In this document: positions 29,512-40,518 of the stretch, one piece after another
Position numbering within the stretch: position 1 is the first letter of the stretch
Layout: each line of letters begins with the position of its first letter
Virus record (IMG/VR): IMGVR_UViG_3300020577_004340
Span: 32,001-96,000 of that record
Length of the DNA: 64,000 nt
Source: a virus
Taxonomy: Duplodnaviria > Caudoviricetes
Strand: one strand, 5' to 3'
The notes under the pieces: model-generated
The model's input: the letters and a program-made list of their open reading frames with translations, nothing else
Told to the model about the DNA's origin: nothing
Database searches by the model: none
Translations under genes and position numbers: made by a program

Positions 29512-30631
29512 ATTAAAAAATGTAATTAATGAGTGGTTTTCTCATTCCGATTCCGGATTTATAAATCCACCATATAATGAGAAAGATTTAACATTATTGA
29601 AAATTATTGTTAACGAATCGGTTGATTTAACGGAAGATGACAAACAAAAATTGACAACACACATAAATAATAAATTTAAAACACCTCCTACGCCTGAAAA
29701 GAAGGAAAAGCAAGATAGATTTATAGCAAAATCAGCACCATTCATTCAGGATGCTACTAGTTTTATACAATTTATTAATCAAGAATATCTTAATCCAGGA
29801 ATTGAAATTACAGGCTTGGAAGAATTATTTAATAATATTATTGCATTAGAAACTGAAGATTTTAATAATGTAGTTAAACTATTGGCAAAACATACTAATA
29901 GACAGATTGATTATGGTACGTTTAAAATGGGGCAATACGAATTAAAATTGGCAGAATTATTACATAACTCAATTACATTAACAGGGGCTTCATATTTAAA
30001 TTTATTACTTGCTATAATATTCAATGGAAAATTGTCGGGTACATTGGTACCGAATATATCAAAAATTGGAGTAAATATTAATGGCGTGATGGTTATTAAA
30101 AACGCTTCAAGTGATTTATATGTTCCATTAATTAATTTCAATGATGAGTTATCAACTATTGTTAATAATTTAAGAACATTAAATTCGGTTATCAATGATA
30201 ATGATGGAACTGACACCATGTCTAATTCAGATTTAAATGAATTGTTAAAGGCATTACAAAATGGATCATTGGATGATGATATTGCTAATATCATTAATCA
30301 ATCGAAAACTACTAAAGTTGTTGCAATTAAGACTTTAGCTGGAAAGTTAGAACAAATGTTAAAGGGTAATAATACATCAACTATATATGAATTATTTAAA
30401 ACGACTTATAATAGTTTAATTCAAGCTTCTAGTAAGAATATTACAAAAATATTTGATGTATTCTCCGATAAGATATTAATTGAAACATTCTCTGATTTAT
30501 ATAATAAATTACTATTTAAAGATACTATTCCATCTAATATTGAATTGGGAAGTACTTCAATTAATATATCATCAGAACTATTAAATTTATCAGGAAAAGA
30601 AGAAAAAAATACTGAAAATAATCAACAATAA
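29501..30631 (+). CDS. hypothetical protein
   Basis: 376-aa ORF. Confidence 0.6.
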   Translation: MENKLKNVINEWFSHSDSGFINPPYNEKDLTLLKIIVNESVDLTEDDKQKLTTHINNKFKTPPTPEKKEKQDRFIAKSAPFIQDATSFIQFINQEYLNPGIEITGLEELFNNIIALETEDFNNVVKLLAKHTNRQIDYGTFKMGQYELKLAELLHNSITLTGASYLNLLLAIIFNGKLSGTLVPNISKIGVNINGVMVIKNASSDLYVPLINFNDELSTIVNNLRTLNSVINDNDGTDTMSNSDLNELLKALQNGSLDDDIANIINQSKTTKVVAIKTLAGKLEQMLKGNNTSTIYELFKTTYNSLIQASSKNITKIFDVFSDKILIETFSDLYNKLLFKDTIPSNIELGSTSINISSELLNLSGKEEKNTENNQQ

Positions 30632-30633
30632 AC

Positions 30634-30664
30634 TTTGAAATGTCAGAAAAAAAGTGTATATTAT
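30634..30664 (+). promoter_or_regulatory. variant Bacteroidota-type promoter
   Basis: TTTG-N19-TATATTAT. Confidence 0.5.
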
Positions 30665-30673
30665 AAAACAATT

Positions 30674-30697
30674 TAATTAACTAATTAACTAATTAAC
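30674..30697 (+). repeat. (TAATTAAC)3 in the leader of the SSB gene
   Basis: Three perfect 8-mers ending 5 nt before ATG 30703. Confidence 0.85.
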
Positions 30698-30702
30698 AAA
30701 CA

Positions 30703-31569
30703 ATGAATTTAGACAAAGTTAGAGCACGCCTTGCATCGATGAATACAGGGCAAAATCAGAAGAAGCACATTTGGAAGCCAGCTCCTGGCGATACGGTAAT
30801 TAGAATAGTTCCGTATATTCACAATCCAGATTTCCCTTTTATGGAATTATATTTCCATTATGAGGTGACGAAACGTAGTGTGTTATCACCTATTATTAAT
30901 GAAGATCCAGATCCAGTAGAAGAGTTTGCAGCTCAATTGAAATCAACTGGTGATCCAAACGATTATTCATTAGCTAGAAAAATTTCTCCAACTATGAGAA
31001 CATATGTTCCAGTATTAGTTAGAGGCAAAGAAGACGAAGGTCCAAAATTTTGGGGATTTGGTAAAACTACTTACGAAGAATTATTAAAATTAATTGACGA
31101 TCCAGATTGGGGGGATATTACATCTTTACGTGACGGAAGAGACATTGTTATTTCATACGAGAAAGGACAAGGTGAATCGTATGCTAAGACTACTATTCGT
31201 CCAAAACCTAAAGCGACAGTAGCAACAGATGACAAGAATGTATTGGAATTGTTGGCGACTATGCCAAAAGTAGAAGACATTTGGCCGGTGGCTACTTATT
31301 CTGAGTTGAAAATTGCATTGGAACGATATATTAATAATATCGCTGGAGATGATGATTCAAACGATGAAGATGTTAAACCGGCAAATGAAAAGAGTTCTAC
31401 ACCTCCGCCAGCATCACCGGGTTATACAAATAAAGAAACGTTAGATGATGAATTTGCAGATTTATTAGATTCGAAACCATCTGCTAAGAAGGCTGAAACG
31501 CCAACTAATAAATCACAAATCAAGGAGACTGTTAATATTGACGAGGCCTTCGACGAAATGTTTAAATAA
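30703..31569 (+). CDS. single-stranded DNA-binding protein (gp32-like)
   Basis: WKP..G...IRI.P, FW.FGK, GDIT....GRD, acidic C-terminal tail. Confidence 0.85.
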   Translation: MNLDKVRARLASMNTGQNQKKHIWKPAPGDTVIRIVPYIHNPDFPFMELYFHYEVTKRSVLSPIINEDPDPVEEFAAQLKSTGDPNDYSLARKISPTMRTYVPVLVRGKEDEGPKFWGFGKTTYEELLKLIDDPDWGDITSLRDGRDIVISYEKGQGESYAKTTIRPKPKATVATDDKNVLELLATMPKVEDIWPVATYSELKIALERYINNIAGDDDSNDEDVKPANEKSSTPPPASPGYTNKETLDDEFADLLDSKPSAKKAETPTNKSQIKETVNIDEAFDEMFK

Positions 31570-31583
31570 TCTAAAATTTTTAA

Positions 31584-32786
31584 ATGGCAAAAACTAAAAC
31601 GCCTGCCGTTGAGCCGGTTGTTGTTGAATCACTAACTAATGATTTATTGAAATCATTAAATATAAAGTTTAAGAATCAACCGGACAAGGCAGCATTTTTC
31701 TTAAATGACCCTAATGTTACTTCCGATGTACATAGTTGGATTCCATCTGGAAATGATGTATTGGACATTGCAATAAGTAATCGACCGAATGGTGGATGGC
31801 CAGTTGGAAGAATTGTTGAATTGACAGGGTTAGAGGCTTCGGGCAAAAGTTTATTAGCCGCCCATGCCTTAAAAAATACACAAGCTTTAGGAGGGGTAGC
31901 AGTTTACATAGATACCGAGTCTGCAGTCTCAGAACAATATTTGGCCGCCATTGGTGTTGATATACCTAAATTAATTTATATGCCAATGGATGCCCTTGAA
32001 AATATATTTGAGGCGGTTGAGACTATTATATCCAAAGTTAGGGAATCTAGTAAAGACAGATTGGTTACAATTGTAATAGATTCTATAATGGGAGCATCTA
32101 CTATTGCTGAATTGGAATCTACATATGAAAAAGATGGGTATGCTACTTCGAAGGCAATTATTTTATCAAAGGCAATGCGTAAATTACCATTGTTAATTGC
32201 CAGAGAAAATATATTGTTGATGATGACTAACCAATTACGAGTTAATCTAGGTGTTAGTTTTGGAGAAAAATACAGTACTTCTGGTGGAAAAGCAGTTGGG
32301 TTTGCTGCATCAGTTCGTGTTCGTTTGACAAATAAAAATAAAATTAAAATTAAACAAGAAAACGGATTGGAGGCGATAGTTGGAATTAAAACCAATGCGA
32401 AAGTTACTAAAAATAGATTAGGCCCGCCATTGAGGGATGTTGATTATGATATTTATTTTGATTCAGGGGTGGACAATTATGGTTCTTGGTTGGAAACATT
32501 GAAGGATTATAAGGTCGTAACATCTGGAACAAATTGGTCATTACCATTAACTGGAGATTTGGTTGGAATTGAATTGGTTGACCCGACAACTGGAGAAGTT
32601 AAAACATTTTCCGATGGCGTCATGAAATTCAAGTCTAAAGATTTTAAACAATGGTTGGTAGCCAATCCAAAATTCAAAGATATCTTATATAATATTTTAT
32701 GTGACAAATTGATAATGAAATATAAGTTAAATGAAGATTTTGGGATTGATGATATATCATATGAAATAGACGACAACGACGAATAA
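31584..32786 (+). CDS. recA: RecA/UvsX recombinase
   Basis: GG.P.GRI.E..GLEASGKS, YIDTE, VIDS, NQLR, TSGGKA..F.AS.R, KNR..PP. Confidence 0.93.
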   Translation: MAKTKTPAVEPVVVESLTNDLLKSLNIKFKNQPDKAAFFLNDPNVTSDVHSWIPSGNDVLDIAISNRPNGGWPVGRIVELTGLEASGKSLLAAHALKNTQALGGVAVYIDTESAVSEQYLAAIGVDIPKLIYMPMDALENIFEAVETIISKVRESSKDRLVTIVIDSIMGASTIAELESTYEKDGYATSKAIILSKAMRKLPLLIARENILLMMTNQLRVNLGVSFGEKYSTSGGKAVGFAASVRVRLTNKNKIKIKQENGLEAIVGIKTNAKVTKNRLGPPLRDVDYDIYFDSGVDNYGSWLETLKDYKVVTSGTNWSLPLTGDLVGIELVDPTTGEVKTFSDGVMKFKSKDFKQWLVANPKFKDILYNILCDKLIMKYKLNEDFGIDDISYEIDDNDE

Positions 32787-33844
32787 TGAACAAAGAACGA
32801 TTACTTAATTTATATAATAAGATGTCAGATGACTTTACGGGCGTTGATACAAAACATTCCAGAACAGTCATTATTGATGGTACCAATACATTTATGAGAG
32901 TATTTGCAAATGTACCTGCATTAAATGACGATGGGCAACATGTTGGTGGTGTAGTTGGATTTTTAAAATCAATTGGATTTAATATCAGACAATTCCAGGC
33001 AACTAGTTGTATAGTAGTATTTGATGGCTCCGGAGGCTCACTTCGTCGAAAAAAATTATATAAAGAATATAAAGCAAATCGTACGACTAAAAGTAAATTG
33101 AATAGATTCGCTGAATTCGAGGGATTAATTGATGAAGGCGAATCTATGAAATTTCAATTTACTAGAATATTTGAATATTTGGATATTCTACCTGTTAATG
33201 TAGTGGTGTTGGATAATATAGAAGCAGATGATACTATTGCATACATATCTAAAATATTGGATACTGGCGCTAACAAAATTAAAATAGTTAGTTCTGACCG
33301 TGATTTTCTGCAATTAATTAATGATAATATTAATATATATAGCCCAATTAAGAAGAAATTGTATGATTTAAATATGTTATCAGACGAATTGGGTATTCAT
33401 CCTAAAAATTATTTATTATATAGAGCATTGACTGGTGATAATTCGGACAATATTCCAGGCATTAATGGCGTAGGATTAAAGACGATTTTGAAACTATTTC
33501 CAGAATTTGCTACTACCGAACTTGATTTGGATGTATTCATACAACTAGTTAATGACAAATTATCTATACCATTAAAGGGGAAAAAAACACCACCTTCTGT
33601 ATTAATTAATATTAGTCGTTCCGAAGCTGAATTACGTAGAAATTATCAATTGATGCAATTACAAGATGTTGACATTTCAGAAAATTCGAAATATACCATT
33701 CGTTCCAAAATTAATAGTAGTAATAAATTGGATTTTTTGAAATTTAAAGAATTATTTTTATACGACAAAATATATTCATCTATTAAAAATGGAGATGAAT
33801 GGGTAAGAAATACTTTTGGCAAATTAAATATATATGCAGGATAA
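32786..33844 (+). CDS. 5'-3' flap exonuclease / T4 RNase H-like
   Basis: IIDG.N, VFDG, YKANR, EADD, SSDRD.LQL, GD.SDNIPG..G.G.KT. Confidence 0.92.
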   Translation: MNKERLLNLYNKMSDDFTGVDTKHSRTVIIDGTNTFMRVFANVPALNDDGQHVGGVVGFLKSIGFNIRQFQATSCIVVFDGSGGSLRRKKLYKEYKANRTTKSKLNRFAEFEGLIDEGESMKFQFTRIFEYLDILPVNVVVLDNIEADDTIAYISKILDTGANKIKIVSSDRDFLQLINDNINIYSPIKKKLYDLNMLSDELGIHPKNYLLYRALTGDNSDNIPGINGVGLKTILKLFPEFATTELDLDVFIQLVNDKLSIPLKGKKTPPSVLINISRSEAELRRNYQLMQLQDVDISENSKYTIRSKINSSNKLDFLKFKELFLYDKIYSSIKNGDEWVRNTFGKLNIYAG

Positions 33845-35213
33845 ACTTAGTTTATATGGATTCACGTTCCAGACAAAATTAATAGCATGTATAATGACAG
33901 ATGCGTCATTTACAAGTAAGATATACGATTTAATTAAATTGAATTATTTTGAAAATAAAAGTATTCAAACTATAATTAAGATATGTCTAGATTATTTCAT
34001 AGAATATAAGACGCCTCCAACTCTTGAAGTTATTAAGGTCAAATTAGAATTAATCAATGATACGACACTTAAGCAGGAAATAATATCTACATTAAGAGAA
34101 TCTGTCCATAATGCTAGTGCATTGGATTTAGATTTTATTAAAGAGGAGACGTTACGTTTTTGCAAGAATCAAGAATTACGTGATGCTATATTGGATTCGG
34201 TTGAGCTCCTTAAACTGGGAAAATTTGATGCCATTAAAGAACGTATAGATGCTGCCTTTAAAGTTGGTTTGGATGATAATTTGGGTATTCATTATGAAGA
34301 TAATGATGCAATAGATGCTAGATATAATGAAGATATACGACAGACGATACCAACCGGATGGGATGTAATCGATGAATTATTGCGAGGGGGGATGGCTCCG
34401 GGGGATTTAGGTGTAATTTTAGCTTCATCTGGAGTAGGTAAGACTTGGGCATTAATTCATATTGGGGCATATGCTAAAAAATATAATAAACGAGTAGTAC
34501 ATTATACCTTGGAATTATCGGAAAATTACGTTGCTAAACGATATGATTCTGTATTGACAGGTATAAGCTTAGATAAAACTTCATTATATGTAGAAAACAT
34601 TAAAGAGACATTGGCAAAATTACCAGGTGAACTGTTAATTAAAGAATATCCAATGAAATCAATTTCTTTAATGGGAATTAGAGGGCATTTAACTAAGTTA
34701 AAGATGATAAATCAAATGCCCGATATAATTATGTTGGATTATGCGGACTTATTGAAATTTCAAAATTCATCTGCATCCAAAGAAGAAAGTTTAGCATTAT
34801 TGTACGAAGAATTGAAGGGGATGGCTAAGGAATTTAAGGTACCAATTTGGACTGTATCACAATCCGGACGAGAAGGGATGAAAGAATTAATTTTAGAAGC
34901 TGATAAATTATCTGGGGCATTTGCTAAATTATTTCCAGCTGATGTTATGCTATCAATTTCACGACGCCCAGAAGATAAATTATCCAATACAGCTCGTATG
35001 CACGTTATTAAGAATAGGCATGGTGCTGATGGTTTAACATTTCCAATGACGATGGATACGAATAGGGGCTATTTAAAAGTTCATCAGGCAAATTCAGAGG
35101 AAGGGAAAAGTACAACAAATAGAATGTCGACACCCGATGACTATCAGAAACAAATGTTGAGGAAACGGTACGCTGAACTTCAGGAAACACCGAAATTACA
35201 AAATTTATTTTAA
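33834..35213 (+). CDS. replicative DnaB/gp41-like helicase
   Basis: PTGW..ID....GG, A.SGVGKT, TLEL, LDYADL, WT.SQ, KNR.G. Confidence 0.92.
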   Translation: MQDKLSLYGFTFQTKLIACIMTDASFTSKIYDLIKLNYFENKSIQTIIKICLDYFIEYKTPPTLEVIKVKLELINDTTLKQEIISTLRESVHNASALDLDFIKEETLRFCKNQELRDAILDSVELLKLGKFDAIKERIDAAFKVGLDDNLGIHYEDNDAIDARYNEDIRQTIPTGWDVIDELLRGGMAPGDLGVILASSGVGKTWALIHIGAYAKKYNKRVVHYTLELSENYVAKRYDSVLTGISLDKTSLYVENIKETLAKLPGELLIKEYPMKSISLMGIRGHLTKLKMINQMPDIIMLDYADLLKFQNSSASKEESLALLYEELKGMAKEFKVPIWTVSQSGREGMKELILEADKLSGAFAKLFPADVMLSISRRPEDKLSNTARMHVIKNRHGADGLTFPMTMDTNRGYLKVHQANSEEGKSTTNRMSTPDDYQKQMLRKRYAELQETPKLQNLF

Positions 35214-35233
35214 TTAGAAAAAAAGGATAATAT

Positions 35234-35599
35234 ATGTATGTTTATGAAATAAGATATCTTCCAACTAAAGAATTTTATGTTGGATATGATACTGAATCAG
35301 TTACATTAGCTCAAGCTAAATTAGACCCGTATAATAAATTTAAGAAATACGGAAAGGGGTCAAATGCTCAATTACCTTTACCTAATATTGTTAAGACGGT
35401 ATTGTTTAAAGGTGGAAATGAACAGGAATTGAGAGATTACTTGACAACTATCGCAAAAGATAACGAAAATAACCCATTTTTCTTAGGTGTACACTATTTA
35501 AATATGAAAAACGATGTAATAGTTAAGACGGATTTTGAGCCGCTTAAAACAAAGGAAAATAAGGAAATTGTAGAACCTAAAAAAGAAGACAAAAAATAA
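35234..35599 (+). CDS. hypothetical protein (GIY-YIG-like N-terminus)
   Basis: YVY.I.......YVG. Confidence 0.5.
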   Translation: MYVYEIRYLPTKEFYVGYDTESVTLAQAKLDPYNKFKKYGKGSNAQLPLPNIVKTVLFKGGNEQELRDYLTTIAKDNENNPFFLGVHYLNMKNDVIVKTDFEPLKTKENKEIVEPKKEDKK

Positions 35600-35607
35600 T
35601 AAGGAGT

Positions 35608-37467
35608 ATGATGAATCTATCAACACAGATACTATCGGACATTACAGTTCACATGAAGTATGCGAAATATTTGCCCGATAAACAACGTCGAGAAAACTGG
35701 ACTGAAATAGTTACTAGAAATAAGGAAATGCACATAGAAAAGTTTCCATTTTTACGAGATGAAATTGATAAAGCCTATGAACTTGTATATGATAAAAAAG
35801 TGTTACCATCAATGCGTTCTTTACAATTTGCTGGGAAGCCGATACAAGTTAATCCGTCTAGAATATTTAATTGTTCATATTTACCAATAGACGATTATCG
35901 TGCATTCAGTGAAATAATGTTCCTTTTACTTTCAGGGTGCGGTGTTGGATTTTCTGTTCAAACTCACCATGTTGAACAACTTCCTGAAATTAAACCACCT
36001 AATCAATCTAAGACTACGAGGTATTTGATTAATGACTCTATTGAAGGGTGGTCGGATGCGATAAAAATGTTGATTAAATCATACTTTAATGGTAGTTCAA
36101 CATTAAGATTCGACTATTCAGATATACGACCAAAAGGGTCTAGATTAATTACTTCAGGGGGAAAGGCACCAGGTCCACAGCCATTAAAGGATTGTATATA
36201 CAATATTAAGAAAATATTAGATGATAAATTAGTTGGGCAAAAGTTAACATCTATTGAATGTCATGATATTATATGTCACATTGCGGATGCTGTATTAGCC
36301 GGCGGAATTCGACGTGCTGCTTTAATTAGTTTATTCAATGCCGATGATGTTGAAATGTTAAATGCTAAGACTGGGTCTTGGTGGGAATTAAACCCACAAC
36401 GTGGTCGTGCAAATAATTCAGCGGTTTTATTGAGACATAAAATAACAAAAGAATTTTTCTTTGATTTATGGAAACGAATTGAATTATCCGGTGCAGGCGA
36501 ACCAGGAATATATTTATCAAATGATAAGGATTGGGGAACCAACCCCTGCTGTGAAATTGCCTTACGACCATTTCAGTTTTGTAATTTGTGTGAAATAAAC
36601 GCATCTAATATTGAATCCGAAGAAGATTTTATACAAAGAGTAAAGGCAGCTTCATTCATAGGAACATTACAAGCATCTTATACTGATTTTCATTACCTAC
36701 GTCCTATTTGGAAAAAGACAACTGAAAGAGATGCGTTAATTGGCGTATCGATGACGGGGATTGCGTCTAATATCATTTTTAATTATGATTTAACTAAAAT
36801 GGCGCAAATAGTCAACGATGAAAATAAAAGAGTTGCCAGTTTAATAGGAATTAAAGCTGCTGCTAGAACTACTACAACAAAACCAAGTGGCACTTCATCC
36901 ATTGTATTAGGTACATCTTCGGGAATACATGCTTGGCATAATGATTATTATATTCGTAGAATTAGAGTTAATAAAAATGAATCGATTTATACGTATTTAA
37001 ATAATAATCACCCAGAATTATTAGAAGATGAATTTTTTAGGCCATATGATACAGCAGTAATTTCTATTCCACAGAAGGCACCAGTTGGGGCTATATTACG
37101 TTCGGAGACGCCTATAGATATATTAGAACGTGTTTCTACTGTATATAATAATTGGATTAAACCAGGACATGTGAATGGCGTTAATACACATAATGTATCT
37201 GCTACTGTATCGATTAAAAATGATGAGTGGGATGTAGTTGGTAATTGGATATGGGAAAATAAAAATTCATATAATGGTTTAAGTGTACTTCCATATTCAG
37301 ATCATACTTATGTTCAGGCACCATTTGAAGACATTACAGAAGAAGAGTATTTACGATTAGAGAAAACATTACATTCTATTAATTTAGATAATGTAATTGA
37401 ATTTGAAGATGATACTAACCTTATGGGGGAATTAGCGTGTGTTAATGGCCAATGTGAAATTGGATAA
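35608..37467 (+). CDS. nrdJ: class II (B12-dependent) ribonucleotide reductase
   Basis: LPSMR, FNC, G.GVG, GG.RR.A.I, GEPG, TNPCCEI, CNL.E, KPSGT.S, C-terminal C....C. Confidence 0.88.
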   Translation: MMNLSTQILSDITVHMKYAKYLPDKQRRENWTEIVTRNKEMHIEKFPFLRDEIDKAYELVYDKKVLPSMRSLQFAGKPIQVNPSRIFNCSYLPIDDYRAFSEIMFLLLSGCGVGFSVQTHHVEQLPEIKPPNQSKTTRYLINDSIEGWSDAIKMLIKSYFNGSSTLRFDYSDIRPKGSRLITSGGKAPGPQPLKDCIYNIKKILDDKLVGQKLTSIECHDIICHIADAVLAGGIRRAALISLFNADDVEMLNAKTGSWWELNPQRGRANNSAVLLRHKITKEFFFDLWKRIELSGAGEPGIYLSNDKDWGTNPCCEIALRPFQFCNLCEINASNIESEEDFIQRVKAASFIGTLQASYTDFHYLRPIWKKTTERDALIGVSMTGIASNIIFNYDLTKMAQIVNDENKRVASLIGIKAAARTTTTKPSGTSSIVLGTSSGIHAWHNDYYIRRIRVNKNESIYTYLNNNHPELLEDEFFRPYDTAVISIPQKAPVGAILRSETPIDILERVSTVYNNWIKPGHVNGVNTHNVSATVSIKNDEWDVVGNWIWENKNSYNGLSVLPYSDHTYVQAPFEDITEEEYLRLEKTLHSINLDNVIEFEDDTNLMGELACVNGQCEIG

Positions 37468-37468
37468 T

Positions 37469-37648
37469 ATGAAAGATTGGATTACTGAATTATACTATTT
37501 AGAGACAGTAAAAAAGACAACAACAACTCCGTTGACTAAAGAATTTTTAATACGTCAGGGAGTTTGTTGTGGGTCTAGGTGTTTGAACTGTCCGTATTCT
37601 CCAAAACACATTAAAGGGACTACTCAATTAAAAACAAATTTTAGTTAA
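37469..37648 (+). CDS. small Cys-rich protein (DUF5522-like)
   Basis: R.G.CCGS.C.NCPY; likely start MKDW. Confidence 0.6.
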   Translation: MKDWITELYYLETVKKTTTTPLTKEFLIRQGVCCGSRCLNCPYSPKHIKGTTQLKTNFS

Positions 37649-37665
37649 TTTTAAAAACATTTTAC

Positions 37666-38016
37666 ATGCAAATTAGAGTTATACAGAATTATAATTTTTC
37701 GTGTATATTTAACAATACGAAAAAAATAATACCTCAATCTAAAAATTTAGTTATTGGTTACACTAGACAAATCGACACATTAGAATTTGATAGGATTGTA
37801 GATAAAGTATTAGATGAATTTCGTGGATTGGTATTTGTATCAACAGAAATAGAAGAATATGAATATTTAGAGCAATTGGATTCATTAGGTATTATTGGAA
37901 TGGCGATAGTAGATTACGTTGATTATGATAATAAATATTTAATAGAATCTATTGAAGCAGAACTTATTTCGGAATTACACGAACCAGATGATTCCATTAA
38001 AATTCAATTATTTTAA
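37666..38016 (+). CDS. hypothetical protein
   Basis: ORF. Confidence 0.5.
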   Translation: MQIRVIQNYNFSCIFNNTKKIIPQSKNLVIGYTRQIDTLEFDRIVDKVLDEFRGLVFVSTEIEEYEYLEQLDSLGIIGMAIVDYVDYDNKYLIESIEAELISELHEPDDSIKIQLF

Positions 38017-38562
38017 ATGCACACCTTAGCGAAAAATCAACATCATAATGTACGGTTAATAGAATATTGTTTGACGAAAGCATATCCAGATGGAATTATT
38101 ACTGTTGAACGATTAATAAATGACAATTTAGTAAATGGCACACAGGTAGCCGAATTGGCAATTAGTAAAACCTCTGGCGTTGCAATGTGTACCCAAGGCG
38201 TTGGTAGAGATTTAGTTGACAATACCGACGTTAAGACGACGACTGTATATGCGCATAATACAAAATCTTGGGAAATTAAAGATAAAAAACGAACTGGCAA
38301 CTTTAAAGCTGGGATTGAACATGTTGCAAGAGTAACGGGTATCAATTGTAAAATTGGAGCCTTGAGAATTATAGCATATAATCCATTTTTTGAACGATGG
38401 TATTTTTTAATTGTGCCTAATTCTATTTACCATGGATTGTATGAAGTTACATTGCGATTTTCCAAAGAAAATGGCGATATTATAGGAAAATATATACCAT
38501 ATGAAGTACCTACGTGGGAAGAATTATGCCGACCAATACAATTTGAAATAAGAAAATATTAA
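38017..38562 (+). CDS. hypothetical protein (possible PD-(D/E)XK fold)
   Basis: AELAI...RD....DVKT pattern. Confidence 0.5.
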   Translation: MHTLAKNQHHNVRLIEYCLTKAYPDGIITVERLINDNLVNGTQVAELAISKTSGVAMCTQGVGRDLVDNTDVKTTTVYAHNTKSWEIKDKKRTGNFKAGIEHVARVTGINCKIGALRIIAYNPFFERWYFLIVPNSIYHGLYEVTLRFSKENGDIIGKYIPYEVPTWEELCRPIQFEIRKY

Positions 38563-38567
38563 TAAAA

Positions 38568-38600
38568 TTTGGAAATATGAAATATTTTTACATATATTAC
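38568..38600 (+). promoter_or_regulatory. variant Bacteroidota-type promoter
   Basis: TTTGGAAA...N21...TATATTAC. Confidence 0.55.
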
Positions 38601-38614
38601 GAAAAAATAAAAAG

Positions 38615-39481
38615 ATGACAAAGATATTACCAAATAAATTACTTGTAAGTGAAAAATTTCTTTCAATTCAAGGAGAAGGAATTACCACAGGCGTACCGGC
38701 ATACTTTATTCGATTAGCTAATTGTAATTTGCAATGTGGAAGTTCCATTAAATTTTTAAATTCAATAAAAAAAGGAACTGTAATACCAGACCCGAGTAAG
38801 CCATTTGTTGGCGATTTAGAAGAATCTGGTGAAGCTACTTGGTCATGTGATTCAACTGCTGTATGGTTGAGAGGTAACTATGTTGAATTTCAAGATATTA
38901 TAGATGATTGGAAAGCTCAAGGAATTTATGACGACATTGAATCTGGACTGATTCATATAATATGGACAGGAGGTGAACCAACAATTAAACAACATCAAGA
39001 AAGTATTTATAATTTCAATGAATACTGGAAAGATATGGTATATGGTAACTCACCAGCATACCAACACTCTACTTTCCAGGCAATGACTCCATTCCAAGAA
39101 ATTGAAACGAATGGTACTAATTTATTAACATATGACTTGTTTGTAGGTATTAATCAAATTAATTGTTCTCCTAAATTATCAAATTCCGGAATGGCAGCTA
39201 AACAACGTATCAATCCTAATGTTATCACACAATTCAAAAATCATTGGAATGTCCAATTTAAATTTGTAGTATCAACTGAAGATGATATAATTGAAATGTT
39301 TAATGATTTTATTACCCCATTTAATATTCCACTAAAAAATGTGGTATGTATGCCAGCATTAACTTCACAAAAAGATTTCTTTGAACGTACAAAATGGATA
39401 ATGGAAATGGCAAAAAAATATAAATTTATTGGATTGACGAGAAATCATATTGCGGCATGGAATGAATTAACTGGAGTTTAA
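38615..39481 (+). CDS. queE: 7-carboxy-7-deazaguanine synthase (radical SAM)
   Basis: E.F.SIQGEG..TG.P..F.RL..CNL.C, long insert, W.CD, TGGEP, IETNG, SPKL. Confidence 0.9.
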   Translation: MTKILPNKLLVSEKFLSIQGEGITTGVPAYFIRLANCNLQCGSSIKFLNSIKKGTVIPDPSKPFVGDLEESGEATWSCDSTAVWLRGNYVEFQDIIDDWKAQGIYDDIESGLIHIIWTGGEPTIKQHQESIYNFNEYWKDMVYGNSPAYQHSTFQAMTPFQEIETNGTNLLTYDLFVGINQINCSPKLSNSGMAAKQRINPNVITQFKNHWNVQFKFVVSTEDDIIEMFNDFITPFNIPLKNVVCMPALTSQKDFFERTKWIMEMAKKYKFIGLTRNHIAAWNELTGV

Positions 39482-39822
39482 TGACAAAAAGAGAGGTATT
39501 TGAATATATTACTAAAACATATCCCAAATACATTTCTAGAGAAAGTGAAGTATTAGATGAAGTATATATATGGATTGTTGAACCATATAAACATTATTTA
39601 GATATTGTTGAATTACTATTTTATTTAAATAAGAATGGTTGGGCATGCACATATTATAAATCTATACTGTATAACAACTCAAAGAAAAGAGATATATTTG
39701 TAAAAACCGAAGTATTGGATGCTATTAATAGGAAGATATTTTATAAATTATATCTATCATTTACTCCGAAAGATAAATTAAATTACGATTTAAATATAAT
39801 AAAGAAAAAAAATAGAATATGA
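39481..39822 (+). CDS. hypothetical protein
   Basis: Coupled ORF. Confidence 0.5.
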   Translation: MTKREVFEYITKTYPKYISRESEVLDEVYIWIVEPYKHYLDIVELLFYLNKNGWACTYYKSILYNNSKKRDIFVKTEVLDAINRKIFYKLYLSFTPKDKLNYDLNIIKKKNRI

Positions 39823-40256
39823 TAGTCAAAGTTAAAAAAAATGATAAAATGCCCCCATTAGCGTATGCAACAGATGGGTCAGCAGGATTTGATATTGCAG
39901 CATCGGATACAGTTGTAATAAATCCAGGAGAAACTAAATTGATTCCAACTGGTATATTTATGGAAATACCTCCAAATTGGGAATTACAGATTAGACCGAG
40001 AAGTGGCGTCACATTAAAGACTAAATTAAGAATTGCCAATTCTCCTGCCACAATCGATTCTGATTTTCGTGGCGAGATTCTTGTATTGATTGACCATATT
40101 GGGTTAAAAGGAGATTCTGAACCCGTAACAATAACTCCAGGGTATAGAATTGCTCAAGGAGTGTTAATGCCTGTAAGGCGTGCTACATTCGTGTATGTGG
40201 ATGATCTCTCCACTACGGATAGAGGTGATGGTGGATTTGGAAGTACTGGAGTTTAA
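39819..40256 (+). CDS. dut: dUTPase
   Basis: SAGFD, RPRSG, TID.D.RGE, RIAQ, RG.GGFGSTG. Confidence 0.95.
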   Translation: MIVKVKKNDKMPPLAYATDGSAGFDIAASDTVVINPGETKLIPTGIFMEIPPNWELQIRPRSGVTLKTKLRIANSPATIDSDFRGEILVLIDHIGLKGDSEPVTITPGYRIAQGVLMPVRRATFVYVDDLSTTDRGDGGFGSTGV

Positions 40257-40296
40257 AAAATAAAAAATAGTAATATTTATATAAAAAGGTTTTAAA

Positions 40297-40515
40297 ATGG
40301 CGAAAACTAACACGAAAGATTCAACACAACCAAATTTAATTGACAGCGATATTGAGATTCCAGGGAACGACAATATAGGTGATTCTACTGATTTATCTAA
40401 ATTAACACAAAAAGTAGAAGCCGTCTCAACTAGAAATGATTATACAAAAGTACCTTTAACTAAAGGGCAATTAAAATCAATGAGCCACCAGGCCGTTGAA
40501 TTATATTACAAATAA
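40297..40515 (+). CDS. hypothetical protein
   Basis: Preceded by ATATTTATA (40273) and AAGGT. Confidence 0.55.
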   Translation: MAKTNTKDSTQPNLIDSDIEIPGNDNIGDSTDLSKLTQKVEAVSTRNDYTKVPLTKGQLKSMSHQAVELYYK

Positions 40516-40518
40516 TTT

